Assembly (NCBI GenBank): GCA_041919595.1
Contig: JAYRTK010000001.1
Location: 1-35,543 of the forward strand
Direction of reading: 5' to 3'
Length of the DNA: 35,543 nt
Source: Lysobacteraceae bacterium
GTDB taxonomy: Bacteria > Pseudomonadota > Gammaproteobacteria > Xanthomonadales > Xanthomonadaceae
A model generated the notes under the pieces. It was not told where the DNA came from and ran no database searches. It worked only from the letters and a program-made list of their open reading frames with translations. How positions within the stretch are numbered: the stretch's first letter is position 1; every line of letters starts with the position of its first letter. This document shows positions 19,848 through 29,400 of the stretch, piece after piece. The position numbers and the translations under genes are program-made.

Positions 19848-19876
19848 AGACATGGCCGGTCATCCCGGCCATGTCT
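19848..19876. terminator. Hairpin between convergent genes; probable bidirectional terminator
   Basis: agacatggccgg-tcatc-ccggccatgtct, a perfect 12-bp stem. Confidence 0.65.
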
Positions 19877-19905
19877 TCGAACCACGCCCCGTCGCCGCGG
19901 CGGGC

Positions 19906-20685
19906 TCAGCGCTCGCGTTGCGCCGTCCTGCGTTCTTCCGGCAGCAGCGGATAGACCAGACTCACGTTGCAGCCGTAGCGCTCGGGCAGCGAGCGGTCGC
20001 GGGCATCGCCGTGGTTGCGGAAGAACACCGCGCGATCGCCGGCGTTGCCGCAGATCGCATTGCCGCCGATCGCCGATTCGAGTCGCAGGCCGCTCGTCGA
20101 AGCCAGCTGCGGGCACTGCCCGCCGAACTCGACCTTGTAATAACGGTTGCCGCCGCTGCGCGTGGGCGCGACTTCGACCACGATGTCGTTGCCGTCCTCG
20201 CTCCAGCCACGCATGTGACGGGCGTCGAGGCAGTACGCGGTGGTGCCGGCGAAACCGCGCTTGCGCTGCGTGCGCACCTCGACCGTCTCCAGCGTGTCCT
20301 TGTCCTGCGGCGCGCGGCGCTGGCTGCGCAGGGCGAGATCGGCATATTCGCGGGCGTCGATCCGGGTGGCGGCAGCCACCGCGCAACGACGGTCGCCGAG
20401 ATCGAGATACGCCTCCGGACGCGCGCAGACCATGCCGCCTGGGCTGACGATCAGCGGGCGTTCGCGCTGCAGGGCATCGGGACAGTCTTCCGAGAGATCG
20501 AGGCGATAGCGCGACTGGTCGTTCAGGCGCAGCGCGAGGGTTCGGGCGTCGCTCTGGCGCGCTTCGCGCACTTCGCCGGCATCGAAGCACTCGGCGCCAG
20601 CGGGCGGGGTCGTCGGAGGCGTGGCGGAAGCCGGCAGGCCGCACAGGGCGACGGCGGCGGTGAGGAAAGACGTGCGAAGCATCAT
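19906..20685 (-). CDS. Secreted protein with two tandem Cys-containing domains (DUF6491-like)
   Basis: Signal peptide ending LPASA. Repeat 1: ECFDAGEVR..YRLDLSEDCP..VCAR..RCAV. Repeat 2: YCLDARHMR..YKVEFGGQCP..ICGN..GCNV. Confidence 0.72.
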   Translation of the reverse strand: MMLRTSFLTAAVALCGLPASATPPTTPPAGAECFDAGEVREARQSDARTLALRLNDQSRYRLDLSEDCPDALQRERPLIVSPGGMVCARPEAYLDLGDRRCAVAAATRIDAREYADLALRSQRRAPQDKDTLETVEVRTQRKRGFAGTTAYCLDARHMRGWSEDGNDIVVEVAPTRSGGNRYYKVEFGGQCPQLASTSGLRLESAIGGNAICGNAGDRAVFFRNHGDARDRSLPERYGCNVSLVYPLLPEERRTAQRER

Positions 20686-20704
20686 GCGGGTGCGCTCCCA
20701 AGGG

Positions 20705-21097
20705 TCAACCGGAACCGGTCTGCTCCGATTCTTGCGCCAACCTCACCACGCCGTCCAGTGCAGTGACCGCCACCGCATGCAGGGACTGGCCGCGGCACGG
20801 TCCCGCCACGCATTCGCCGGCGGCCAGCTCGAAGGTCGCGCCGTGGGCGGCGCACACCAGTTGGCCGGACTTCGACAACAGGAACTTGCCCGGCGCCCAG
20901 TCCAGACGACGCCCCGCGTGCGGGCAGATGTTGAGCCAGGCACGCACGGTGTCGCCGTCGCGCAGCAGGATCAGCGATTCCGTGCCGCCGTCGATCGCGG
21001 CCTCGCATTCGGCCGGAACGCCTTCGACCAGATCGGCCAGCGCGATGAGCGGCGCGGCCGCTCCGGGGCTTAACGAAGTTCTCACACCTTCGGTCAT
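20705..21097 (-). CDS. Rieske [2Fe-2S] ferredoxin-like protein
   Basis: NICPHAG (CxH), VCAAHGATF (CxxH), GECVAGPC. Confidence 0.9.
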   Translation of the reverse strand: MTEGVRTSLSPGAAAPLIALADLVEGVPAECEAAIDGGTESLILLRDGDTVRAWLNICPHAGRRLDWAPGKFLLSKSGQLVCAAHGATFELAAGECVAGPCRGQSLHAVAVTALDGVVRLAQESEQTGSG

Positions 21098-21157
21098 CGG
21101 GCATCCGATACTGCGGCGACCGGCCGCCGGCCCTCCAGTGTGTCACGACACGTCGTC

Positions 21158-21442
21158 ATGTTCGCCTCTTCCGTGTTTCACCGTCATCGTCATCGCATCC
21201 GCGGCTTCTTCGCGCCGCGCAAACCGCGCCATCGCCTGCTGCGGATCGTGCTGGCCCTGTTCGGGATCGCGGTGCTGGCGGTGCTGCTGGTGATGGGGCT
21301 GGCGATCGGCGCGGCGATGCTGGGCGCGGGGCTGCTCTACCGGCTGTGGCGCCGCCGCGGCCAACCGCTGGCCGCCGACGCGAAGACCCTCGACGGCGAA
21401 TACCGCATCCTGCGCAAGCCGGCACTCACCGCCGGTCGCTGA
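21158..21442 (+). CDS. Small hypothetical membrane protein
   Basis: Basic N-terminus, hydrophobic hairpin, C-terminal TLDGEYRILRK. ATG 21158 (or GTG 21140). Confidence 0.72.
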   Translation: MFASSVFHRHRHRIRGFFAPRKPRHRLLRIVLALFGIAVLAVLLVMGLAIGAAMLGAGLLYRLWRRRGQPLAADAKTLDGEYRILRKPALTAGR

Positions 21443-21519
21443 CACCGCCCATCGCACCGCCGCGGGCACCCGCGCCCGGGGCTCGACGCCGACGCCGCGC
21501 GCGCGCGATCATCTCGCGC

Positions 21520-22275
21520 ATGAATACCCTCGACCACGTCGCCGGACACGACTCCGGACACGATCTCATCCCCCCGCCCGCCCGGCCGCATGTGCCCGTG
21601 CGCGGACGCGATGTCGCCGGCCGCTTTCCGGTGCGCCGCATCTACTGCGTCGGCCGCAACTTCGCCGACCATGCCCGCGAGATGGGCGCCACGGCCCCGG
21701 CCTCGAAGGACGACCGCGGCACGCCGGTGTTCTTCCTCAAGCCTGCGGATGCCCTGGTCACCGACGGCGTCGCCACCTATCCGCCGGGGACGCAGGATCT
21801 GCATCACGAGATCGAACTGGTCGTCGCGCTCGGCGCCGATGCGCCCGCGGGCGTGCTCGACCCCGCCGAGGCCGGCGCGCTGATCTTCGGCTACGGCATC
21901 GGCCTCGATCTGACCCGTCGCGATCTGCAGGCCGCGGCCAAGGCCAAGGGCCTGCCCTGGGACACCGGCAAGGCCTTCGACCAGTCGGCGCCGATCAGCG
22001 TCCTGGTCCCGGCGGCGGACGTCGGCACGCTCGCGCCGCGCACGCTGTCGCTGCGGGTCAATGGCGTCCTGCGCCAGCAATCGCGGCTGGATCAGTTGAT
22101 CTGGGACGTGCCGGACATCCTGCACGAACTGTCGAAACTGTACGCCCTGCGCGCCGGCGATCTGATCTTCATGGGCACACCCGCCGGCGTGGCCGCGCTG
22201 CAGCCGGGCGATGTCTGCGAAGGCTCGCTCGACGACCTCATCCGGCTCGATTGCCGCATCGCCGCGCCGCGCTGA
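21520..22275 (+). CDS. Fumarylacetoacetate hydrolase family protein
   Basis: FPVRRIYCVGRNFADHAREMG, PVFFLKP, LHHEIELVV, GLDLTRRDLQ, WDTGKAFD, GDLIFMGTPAGV. Confidence 0.93.
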   Translation: MNTLDHVAGHDSGHDLIPPPARPHVPVRGRDVAGRFPVRRIYCVGRNFADHAREMGATAPASKDDRGTPVFFLKPADALVTDGVATYPPGTQDLHHEIELVVALGADAPAGVLDPAEAGALIFGYGIGLDLTRRDLQAAAKAKGLPWDTGKAFDQSAPISVLVPAADVGTLAPRTLSLRVNGVLRQQSRLDQLIWDVPDILHELSKLYALRAGDLIFMGTPAGVAALQPGDVCEGSLDDLIRLDCRIAAPR

Positions 22276-22353
22276 AAAAAACCTCACGCCGCGCCCCAGG
22301 GCCGGCGTCGCGTTCTAGACTCTGCCCACCATCCACCTCCGGGAGCACGGTCC

Positions 22354-22770
22354 ATGGGCATGATGTCGGAATTCAAAGAGTTCGCGATGAAAGGCAACGT
22401 CGTCGACCTGGCGATCGGCGTGATCATCGGCGCCGCCTTCGGCAAGATCGTCAGCGCGCTGGTCGACGGCGTGATCATGCCGGTCATCGGCAAGCTCACC
22501 GGCGGTGTCGATTTCAGCACGGCCGCCTATGTGCTGCAGGACGCCGTGATCGGCCCCGACGGCAAGGAAACCGCCGCCGCGGTCGCGATCAAGTACGGCG
22601 CGTTCCTCCAGACCATCATCGATTTCACGATCATCGCCTTCGTGCTGTTCATGGTCATCAAGGTCGTGAACCGCCTGAAGAAGGCCGAAGCCGCCGCGCC
22701 GGCCGCCCCCGCCGAACCGCCGGAAGACGTGCTGCTGCTGCGCGAGATCCGCGACCTGATGAAAAAGTGA
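22354..22770 (+). CDS. mscL: Large-conductance mechanosensitive channel
   Basis: EFKEFAMKGNVVDLAIGVIIGAAFGKIVSALV, YGAFLQTIIDF, LLREIRDLM; RBS gggag. Confidence 0.97.
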   Translation: MGMMSEFKEFAMKGNVVDLAIGVIIGAAFGKIVSALVDGVIMPVIGKLTGGVDFSTAAYVLQDAVIGPDGKETAAAVAIKYGAFLQTIIDFTIIAFVLFMVIKVVNRLKKAEAAAPAAPAEPPEDVLLLREIRDLMKK

Positions 22771-22814
22771 GTGCCGCGGCGGTCGCGCCGGGCGTGACCG
22801 ACGGCAGGGCCGGA

Positions 22815-22853
22815 CGAAGCCGCGGGCTGGTACGCTCGCGGCTTCGCTTTTTT
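22815..22853 (+). terminator. Intrinsic terminator after mscL
   Basis: cgaagccgcgggc-tggtac-gctcgcggcttcg (one G-U pair) followed by ctttttt. Confidence 0.85.
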
Positions 22854-22870
22854 CGGCCGGAGAGTTCGGA

Positions 22871-24301
22871 ATGCGTTCGAGTCTGACCCGCATCGCCACC
22901 CTGGCCGCGACGGTCGCGGCCGCAGCCGCACTGGCCGCGCCGCCCGACGAGACCCGGATTCCCGAAGCCGCCCTCGGCACCGCCGCGCAACTGCGCGAAC
23001 GCGCGCTGCAGGACCGCACGTCCTGGCAGGTGGTGGAATCGCTGACCACCGAGGTCGGCCCGCGGCTGGCCGGCAGCGAAGCCGACGCGCGCGCCGTGCG
23101 CTGGGCCGAGGCGAAATTCCGGGCGTTGGGTTACGACAAGGTCTGGCTGCAGCCGGTGAGCTTTCCGAAATGGGTGCGGCGCAGCGAACACGGCGCGATA
23201 CTGGGCGACCACGCGCAACCGCTGCATCTGACCGCCCTGGGCGGCAGCCCCGGCGGCACGGTCGAGGGCGAGATCGTGCGCTTCGCCGATCTGGCCGCGC
23301 TGGAAGCGGCGCCTGCCGGCTCGCTGGCGGGAAAGATCGCGTTCGTCGACTACACCATGCAGCGTGCCCGCGACGGCAACGGCTACGGCCCGGCGAGCCG
23401 GATCCGCAGCCGCGGACCGAGCGCCGCGATCCGCGCCGGTGCGATCGGGTACGTGATGCGCTCCGCCGGCACCGAACAGCACCGCTATCCGCACACCGGC
23501 ATCACCCGTTTCGACGAGGGCCTGACCCCGATTCCGTCGGCGGCGCTGGCCCTGCCGGACGCCGAACAGTTGACGCGCCTGCTCGCCCTCGGCGCACCGG
23601 TCCGGATCCGCATCGCGCTGGACTGCGGCTGGGACGGCACCGCGTCGTCGTTCAACGTGATCGGCGAGGTCACCGGCCGCGACCGCGGGCTGCGCGACGA
23701 AGTCGTCGTCATCGGTGGCCATCTCGATTCCTGGGATCTCGGCACCGGGGCGGTCGACGACGGTGCCGGCGTGGCCATCACCATGGGCGCGGGTCATCTC
23801 ATCGCGCAGTTGCCGAAGGCGCAGCGGCCGGCACGCACGATCCGCGTGATCGCCTTCGCCAACGAGGAGCAGGGCCTGCATGGCGGCAAGGCCTATGCGC
23901 TGCAGTACAAGGCTGCGGTCGCGCAGCATCAGCTGGTCGCCGAAAGCGACTTCGGCGCCGGCCGCATCTACGGCTTCAACACCAATGCCGCGCCGCACGC
24001 GCGGACCGCCGCCGCGCAGATCGCCGAGGCGTTGAAGCCGCTGGGCATCGAGGCCATGGCCAAGGGCGGCCCGGGCCCGGACGTGGGGCCCATCGCCGGC
24101 GAAGGTGCGGCCTGGGCCTGGCTGGGCCAGGACGGCAGCGATTATTTCGATCTGCACCATACGCCCGACGATACCCTCGACAAGATCGATCCCGCGGCAT
24201 TGGCGCAGAACACCGCCTCCTATGCCGTGTTCGCGTATCTCGCGGCCTCGGCCGACGGCGGCTTCGGCAGCGCGCCGAAGCCGGCGGACGCCAAACCCTG
24301 A
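22871..24301 (+). CDS. Secreted M28 family metallopeptidase (carboxypeptidase Q-like, PA domain)
   Basis: Signal peptide; VGPRLAGS, GGHLDSWDLGTGAVDDGAG, FANEEQGL, ESDFGAG, YFDLHHTPDDTLDKID. Confidence 0.92.
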   Translation: MRSSLTRIATLAATVAAAAALAAPPDETRIPEAALGTAAQLRERALQDRTSWQVVESLTTEVGPRLAGSEADARAVRWAEAKFRALGYDKVWLQPVSFPKWVRRSEHGAILGDHAQPLHLTALGGSPGGTVEGEIVRFADLAALEAAPAGSLAGKIAFVDYTMQRARDGNGYGPASRIRSRGPSAAIRAGAIGYVMRSAGTEQHRYPHTGITRFDEGLTPIPSAALALPDAEQLTRLLALGAPVRIRIALDCGWDGTASSFNVIGEVTGRDRGLRDEVVVIGGHLDSWDLGTGAVDDGAGVAITMGAGHLIAQLPKAQRPARTIRVIAFANEEQGLHGGKAYALQYKAAVAQHQLVAESDFGAGRIYGFNTNAAPHARTAAAQIAEALKPLGIEAMAKGGPGPDVGPIAGEGAAWAWLGQDGSDYFDLHHTPDDTLDKIDPAALAQNTASYAVFAYLAASADGGFGSAPKPADAKP

Positions 24302-24303
24302 GC

Positions 24304-24327
24304 GACAACGCCGCGGACAACACCGCG
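24304..24327 (+). repeat. 12-bp direct repeat upstream of the reb gene
   Basis: gacaacgccgcg / gacaacaccgcg (1 mismatch). Confidence 0.65.
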
Positions 24328-24377
24328 GATCCTCGGCGCACACCCCGCATCCATCCCCCGGGATCAAGGAGAGACCC

Positions 24378-25058
24378 ATGGCATTCCCGACCGCCGTCAA
24401 CGATCAGATCACCGACGCCATCACCCAGAGCAACGTCAAGGTGATCGGCGAGGCGCCCGCTTTTGCGATGGGCTCGCTCTATCAGTCTTTCGCGCATTCG
24501 ACCGGCATCCTGTTCGAGAACGCGGTCGCGGCGCAGCAACAGCAGAACGCGCTGGCGCAGGCGGCCGCGAATCAGGGCGTGATGCAGATCTATTCGCTCG
24601 ACACCGCCGCTGCTGCCGGCGCGACCGACAAGGTCGCGCAGACCGGCGTCGCCGACAATCTCACCAGTCTGTTGACGGTGCTGAACGCCTTCGGCATCCA
24701 GAGCGCATCGCCGAAAGCCGCTGCCGTCGCCGATGCGCCACAGACCGCGGAAGCCAGCGCCGGCGCCGCGGCGGAAACCGACACGACCGGGCACGAGGTC
24801 GTCGACCAGATCCGCGCAGCGGTGACGTTCTCCAACGATGCGGTACTCGGCAATTCGCCCGCCTTCGTGAGCAGCGTGCACAAATGCGTCGACGCGATGG
24901 CGCACGCGCTCGACACCATGAACCGCGTCACCCACGACAACATGGTGCACATCCTGCAGGAAGCGGCACTCGCGGCCACCCTGGCCGCGATGATCCGCGA
25001 GCCCGAGAAGTCCACGGAATACGAAGCGGTGCTGCAGGCGATCAAGCGGATGGCGTGA
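24378..25058 (+). CDS. rebB: RebB-family R-body (killing trait) protein with a second, divergent Reb-like C-terminal domain (226 aa)
   Basis: Strong RBS aaggag before ATG 24378. MAFPTAVNDQITDAITQSNVKVIGEAPAFAMGSLYQ...FENAVAAQQQQNALAQAAANQGV is the Reb signature. Confidence 0.9.
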   Translation: MAFPTAVNDQITDAITQSNVKVIGEAPAFAMGSLYQSFAHSTGILFENAVAAQQQQNALAQAAANQGVMQIYSLDTAAAAGATDKVAQTGVADNLTSLLTVLNAFGIQSASPKAAAVADAPQTAEASAGAAAETDTTGHEVVDQIRAAVTFSNDAVLGNSPAFVSSVHKCVDAMAHALDTMNRVTHDNMVHILQEAALAATLAAMIREPEKSTEYEAVLQAIKRMA

Positions 25059-25102
25059 GCGCACTGCGGCGGAGCGGCGTCAACCCGCTCTCCGCAGCCA
25101 CA

Positions 25103-25900
25103 TCAGCGGCGGAGTGATCGTGCCCACTCCGCCAGCAGCACCGCCGTCGCCGCGGCGACATTGAGGCTTTCGACCGCGCCGCTGCCGGGGATCGACAGGC
25201 GCAGGTCGCAGGCCTTGGCGAGGTCCGCGTCCATGCCCTCGCCTTCGGCGCCGAGCACGAACACCAGACGCTGTGGCAGCTTGGTCGCGAACAGGTCGCC
25301 GCCGCCACGGACCACGGTGGCCGCGAGCGCGAAACCGGCGCCACGCAACTGCGCGATGGCGTTGTCCTCGCGCCCCAGGCGCACGAACGGCACCGCCTCG
25401 GCACCGCCTTCGGCCACCCGCGCCGCGGCGCCGGACAATGCCAGCGGCGAATGCTTCGGCAGCAGCGCGGCGGCGATGCCGAAATGCGCGGCCGAACGCA
25501 GGATCGCGCCGAGGTTGTGCGGATTGCCCACCCCGTCCAGCCACAGCGCGCAGCACGGGCCCGGCGGCAGTTCGCGCAGCCACGCCGTGAGCGATTGCGG
25601 CTCGTCGCGCAGCACCTCGGCGACCACGCCTTCGTGGTGCGCGCTGGCGGCGAGTTTCTGCAGATCGGCCGGATCGACCACGCGATACCCCACGCGGTTG
25701 GCGACGCACCACTTCAGCAGCGGCTGCAACTGCGGGATGCGCGCTTCGGCCAGATAGAGTTTGCGGATGGATTGCGGGCGTCGTGCGAGTACCGCGCGCA
25801 CCGCGTTCAGGCCATAGATGCGCAGTTCGGCATCGCGACGCGGGCGCGCGGGCTCGCCGGAAGGCGGGACGACGCGGCCGTAGGGAGAATGTTCGGACAT
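25103..25900 (-). CDS. TrmH/SpoU family RNA methyltransferase
   Basis: IYGLNAV, HHEGVV, LDGVGNPHNLGAILRSAAHFG, VLGAEGEGM, SIPGSGAVESLNVAAA. Confidence 0.93.
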   Translation of the reverse strand: MSEHSPYGRVVPPSGEPARPRRDAELRIYGLNAVRAVLARRPQSIRKLYLAEARIPQLQPLLKWCVANRVGYRVVDPADLQKLAASAHHEGVVAEVLRDEPQSLTAWLRELPPGPCCALWLDGVGNPHNLGAILRSAAHFGIAAALLPKHSPLALSGAAARVAEGGAEAVPFVRLGREDNAIAQLRGAGFALAATVVRGGGDLFATKLPQRLVFVLGAEGEGMDADLAKACDLRLSIPGSGAVESLNVAAATAVLLAEWARSLRR

Positions 25901-25906
25901 GGCGGC

Positions 25907-25912
25907 ATTCTA
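25907..25912 (-). promoter_or_regulatory. -10 element (TAGAAT) 6 nt before the methyltransferase ATG; probable leaderless promoter
   Basis: Minus strand reads tagaat-gccgcc-ATG. Confidence 0.55.
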
Positions 25913-25941
25913 CGCCCGACGGCGTGATGGCCCGCCCCGTG

Positions 25942-26289
25942 TCATCCCCGGCCGAAGAAGAGCCAGCCGGCGATCAGCACGATCAGCAGCAACCAGACCA
26001 GCCCCCGGCCGCCCTTGTCGCCCGGCATCACCGTCGGCACACGCCGGCCGGCCATGACCTCCTGGGTGTGCTCGCGGCTCTCGCGCTGGCCCTTGGTCTC
26101 CGGCACCTGGTGAGGGCCGCTGTGCCCCTGCTTGAGCGCCTGCACCTGCGAGGCGACCTGCTGCACCATCTCCATCGCCGATTTCAGATCGCCACCGGAC
26201 GCCTCGCGCAGCAGCTTGATCGCGGTCATCTTGTCGCCGCGCGCCAGCGCATCGATCACCGCCTGCGGGACTTCCTTCTGGATGCTCAT
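25942..26289 (-). CDS. Hypothetical protein with a ribosomal L7/L12 C-terminal-like motif and a C-terminal TM helix
   Basis: GDKMTAIKLLREASGGDLKSAMEMV; ends GLVWLLLIVLIAGWLFFG; RBS ggggag. Confidence 0.75.
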   Translation of the reverse strand: MSIQKEVPQAVIDALARGDKMTAIKLLREASGGDLKSAMEMVQQVASQVQALKQGHSGPHQVPETKGQRESREHTQEVMAGRRVPTVMPGDKGGRGLVWLLLIVLIAGWLFFGRG

Positions 26290-26403
26290 CGGCCGCTCCC
26301 CTCGCTCAGCACCGGGCCAGCATAGCGCGACGGGAGCAAGGCTGCCCGGAGGCGACGGGATGCCCGCCTGGCCGGCATCCCTTCCCGGCGTTGGACATCG
26401 TCG

Positions 26404-29400
26404 TCAATGCCCGCCCACCGCCGGCGTCTCCGCCTCCAGCTTCTCCAGCGCGTGCTTCACCGCCTCGGGGGACCGCGTGTACGGCGCCAGCAGGCGATAG
26501 AACGCAGGCACCACGAACAGCGACAGCAGGGTCGAGAACGCCACGCCGAAGATCACCACGATGCCGATGGTGAAACGACTGGCCGAACCCGGACCGCCGG
26601 CCACGACCAGCGGCACCGCGCCGACGACGGTCGCGACCGAGGTCATCAGGATCGGACGCAGGCGCACCGCGCAGGCTTCGAGGATCGCGTCGCGCACGTT
26701 GCGGCCTTCGTCGCGCAACTGGTTGGCGAATTCGACGATGAGGATGCCGTTCTTCGCCGCAAGTCCGACCAGCATCACGATGCCGATCTGGCTGAACAGG
26801 TTCAGCGTGCTGCCCGCCATCCAGAGTCCGAGCAGCGCGCCGAGCACGCCCAGCGGCACGGTGAGCATGATGACCAGCGGATGGATGAAGCTCTCGAACT
26901 GCGCGGCGAGCACCAGATACACCACCAGCAGCGCGAGCGCGAAGGTGATCAGCACCGCGCCGCCGGCCTTGCGGAATTCGCGCGACTCGCCCTTCCAGTC
27001 GATCTGCGCCGTCTCCGGCAGTTCCTCGCGCACCACCTGCTCGACCCAGGCCACGGCGTCGCCCATCCGGTAACCCGGCGCGAGACCAGCGGAGAGGGTG
27101 ATCGCGCGCAGGCGGTTGAAGCGGTTGAGGCTGCCGGCTTCGGCCAGCTCGCTGATGGTCACCAGATTCGACAGCGGCACCAGCGCGCCGTCGTTGCCGC
27201 GCACATGGATCGCGGCCAGATCCGCCGGGGTCGCGCGCGCGACGCGATCGGCCTGCAGGACCACGTCGTATTCCTCGCCGTTGTCGACGAAGGTGGTGAC
27301 GCGACGGCTGCCCATCATCGTCTCCAGCGTGCGTCCGATCTCGGTCACCGAGACGCCGAGATCCGCCGCGCGCGCGCGGTCGATCGACACCCGCATCTGC
27401 GGACGGGTTTCCTTGTAGTCGGAATCGGCGGCGAAGAAATTCGGGTTCTTCTCGATCCGCGCCAGCACGCGGTCGCGCCACTGCGCGAGCTCGGCGTAAT
27501 CCGGACCGCCCAGCACGATCTGGAACGGCTGGCCGCCGCCGCGGGTGAGACCGGTGCGCACCTGCGGATTGACGCGCACGCCCGGCAACGCGCCCAGCTC
27601 CTTGCGCACCTGCGACACGACATCGTCGGTGGTCGCCTCGCGCTTGTCCCAATCCTGCAGGAAGACGATCGCCTGACCGGTGTGCATCTCCTCGCTGACA
27701 CCGAAGCCGCCGGGCACGCGGGTGTTCACCCGCTGCAGCGGCTTGCCCTCGCCCACCTGCTTCAACAGCAGGGTCTCGACCTGCTTGACCTGACCGACGG
27801 TGTAATCGAAACCCGCGCCTTCGGGGCCGACCACCGAGGCGAAGAACACCCCGCGATCCTCCGGCGGCGCCAGCTCGCTCGGCACCAGCTTGAACAGGAC
27901 CGCGCTCGCGGCCACCGCGGCCACCATCAGCGCGCCGAACAGCCAGATGCGATCGATGCTGCGTTCGAGCAGACGCCGGTAGCCGCGCGACAGCGCATCG
28001 AGCGCCCGCGCGATGCCGGCATGGAAACGGTTCGGGCGATCGGCGGCGTGCGGGCGCACCAGCTTCGACGACATCATCGGCGTCAGGGTCAGCGCGACCA
28101 GCGCCGAGATCGCGACCGCCGCCGCCAGCGCGACCGACAGTTCGCGGAACAGGCGCCCGGTGTTGCCTTCGAGGAATCCGATCGGCAGGAACACCGCGAC
28201 CAGTACCGCGGTGGTCGAGATCACCGCGAACGCGACCTGCTTGGTGCCGCGCTTGGCCGCGACCAGCGCGGGTTCGCCGAGATCCGCGCGGCGCTGGATG
28301 TTCTCCAGCACGACGATGGCGTCGTCCACCACCAGGCCGATGCACAGCACCAGCGCGAGCAGGGTCAGCAGATTGATCGAGAAGCCGAAGGCGTAGAGTG
28401 CGATGAACGCGGCGACCAGACAGACCGGCACGGTCACCGCCGGAATCAGCGCGGCGCGCGCGCTGCCGAGGAACAGCCAGATCACCAGCAGCACCAGCGC
28501 GATCGCCTCGAACAGCGTCGACCACACGCGTTCGACCGCCGCCTCGATGAACACGGTGCTGTCGAAGGCGACGAAGATGCGCGTCCCTTCGGGCAGGCCC
28601 TTCTGGATCCGCTCGGCCTCGGCGCGCGCGGCGCGCGCCACGTCGAGGCTGTTCGCGGTCGAAGTCTTGACGATGCCCAGACCGACGTTCGGCACGCCGT
28701 TGCTGCGGAAATAGGCGCGCCGTTCGGACGACGCCAGTTCGGTGCGTGCGACATCGCCCAGCCGCACGACGTAGCCGTCGGCGCCCTTGCCCAGCGGAAT
28801 CTGCGCGAAATCCTCCGGCTTGCGGTAGCCGCGTTCGACCCGGAGCGTGAAATCGCGATCGGCCGATTCGATCCGGCCGGCCGGCAGTTCGATGTTCTCG
28901 GCACGCAGCGCGCTTTCGACATCGCCGGCGGTGAGTCCGCGCGCGGCGAGCGCATCGCGATCGAGCCAGATCCGCATCGCATAGCGCTGCTGGCCGCCGA
29001 CACGCACCTGCGACACGCCGCTGAGCGCCGACAGCCGATCGACCACGTAACGGTCGGCGTAGTCGGTCAGCTGCAGCGTGTCCATGCGCTCCGAACTCAT
29101 GTTCAGCCACAGGATCACTTCGGAGTCGCTGTCGGCCTTCTGCACTTCCGGCGGATCGGCTTCCTCCGGCATGCGTCCGGAGACCCGGCTGACCGCGTCG
29201 CGGACATCGTTCGCGGCGGCCTCGATATCGCGTTCGAGCGTGAATTCGATGGTGACCGACGAGCGTCCGTTGACGCTGCGCGACTGCAGGGTCTCGATGC
29301 CCTCGATGCCGGCCAGCGCATCTTCCAGCACCTGGGTGATGCGGGTCTCGACGACGCCTGCGGAGGCGCCGGGATAGCCGACGTCCACCGAGACCACCGG

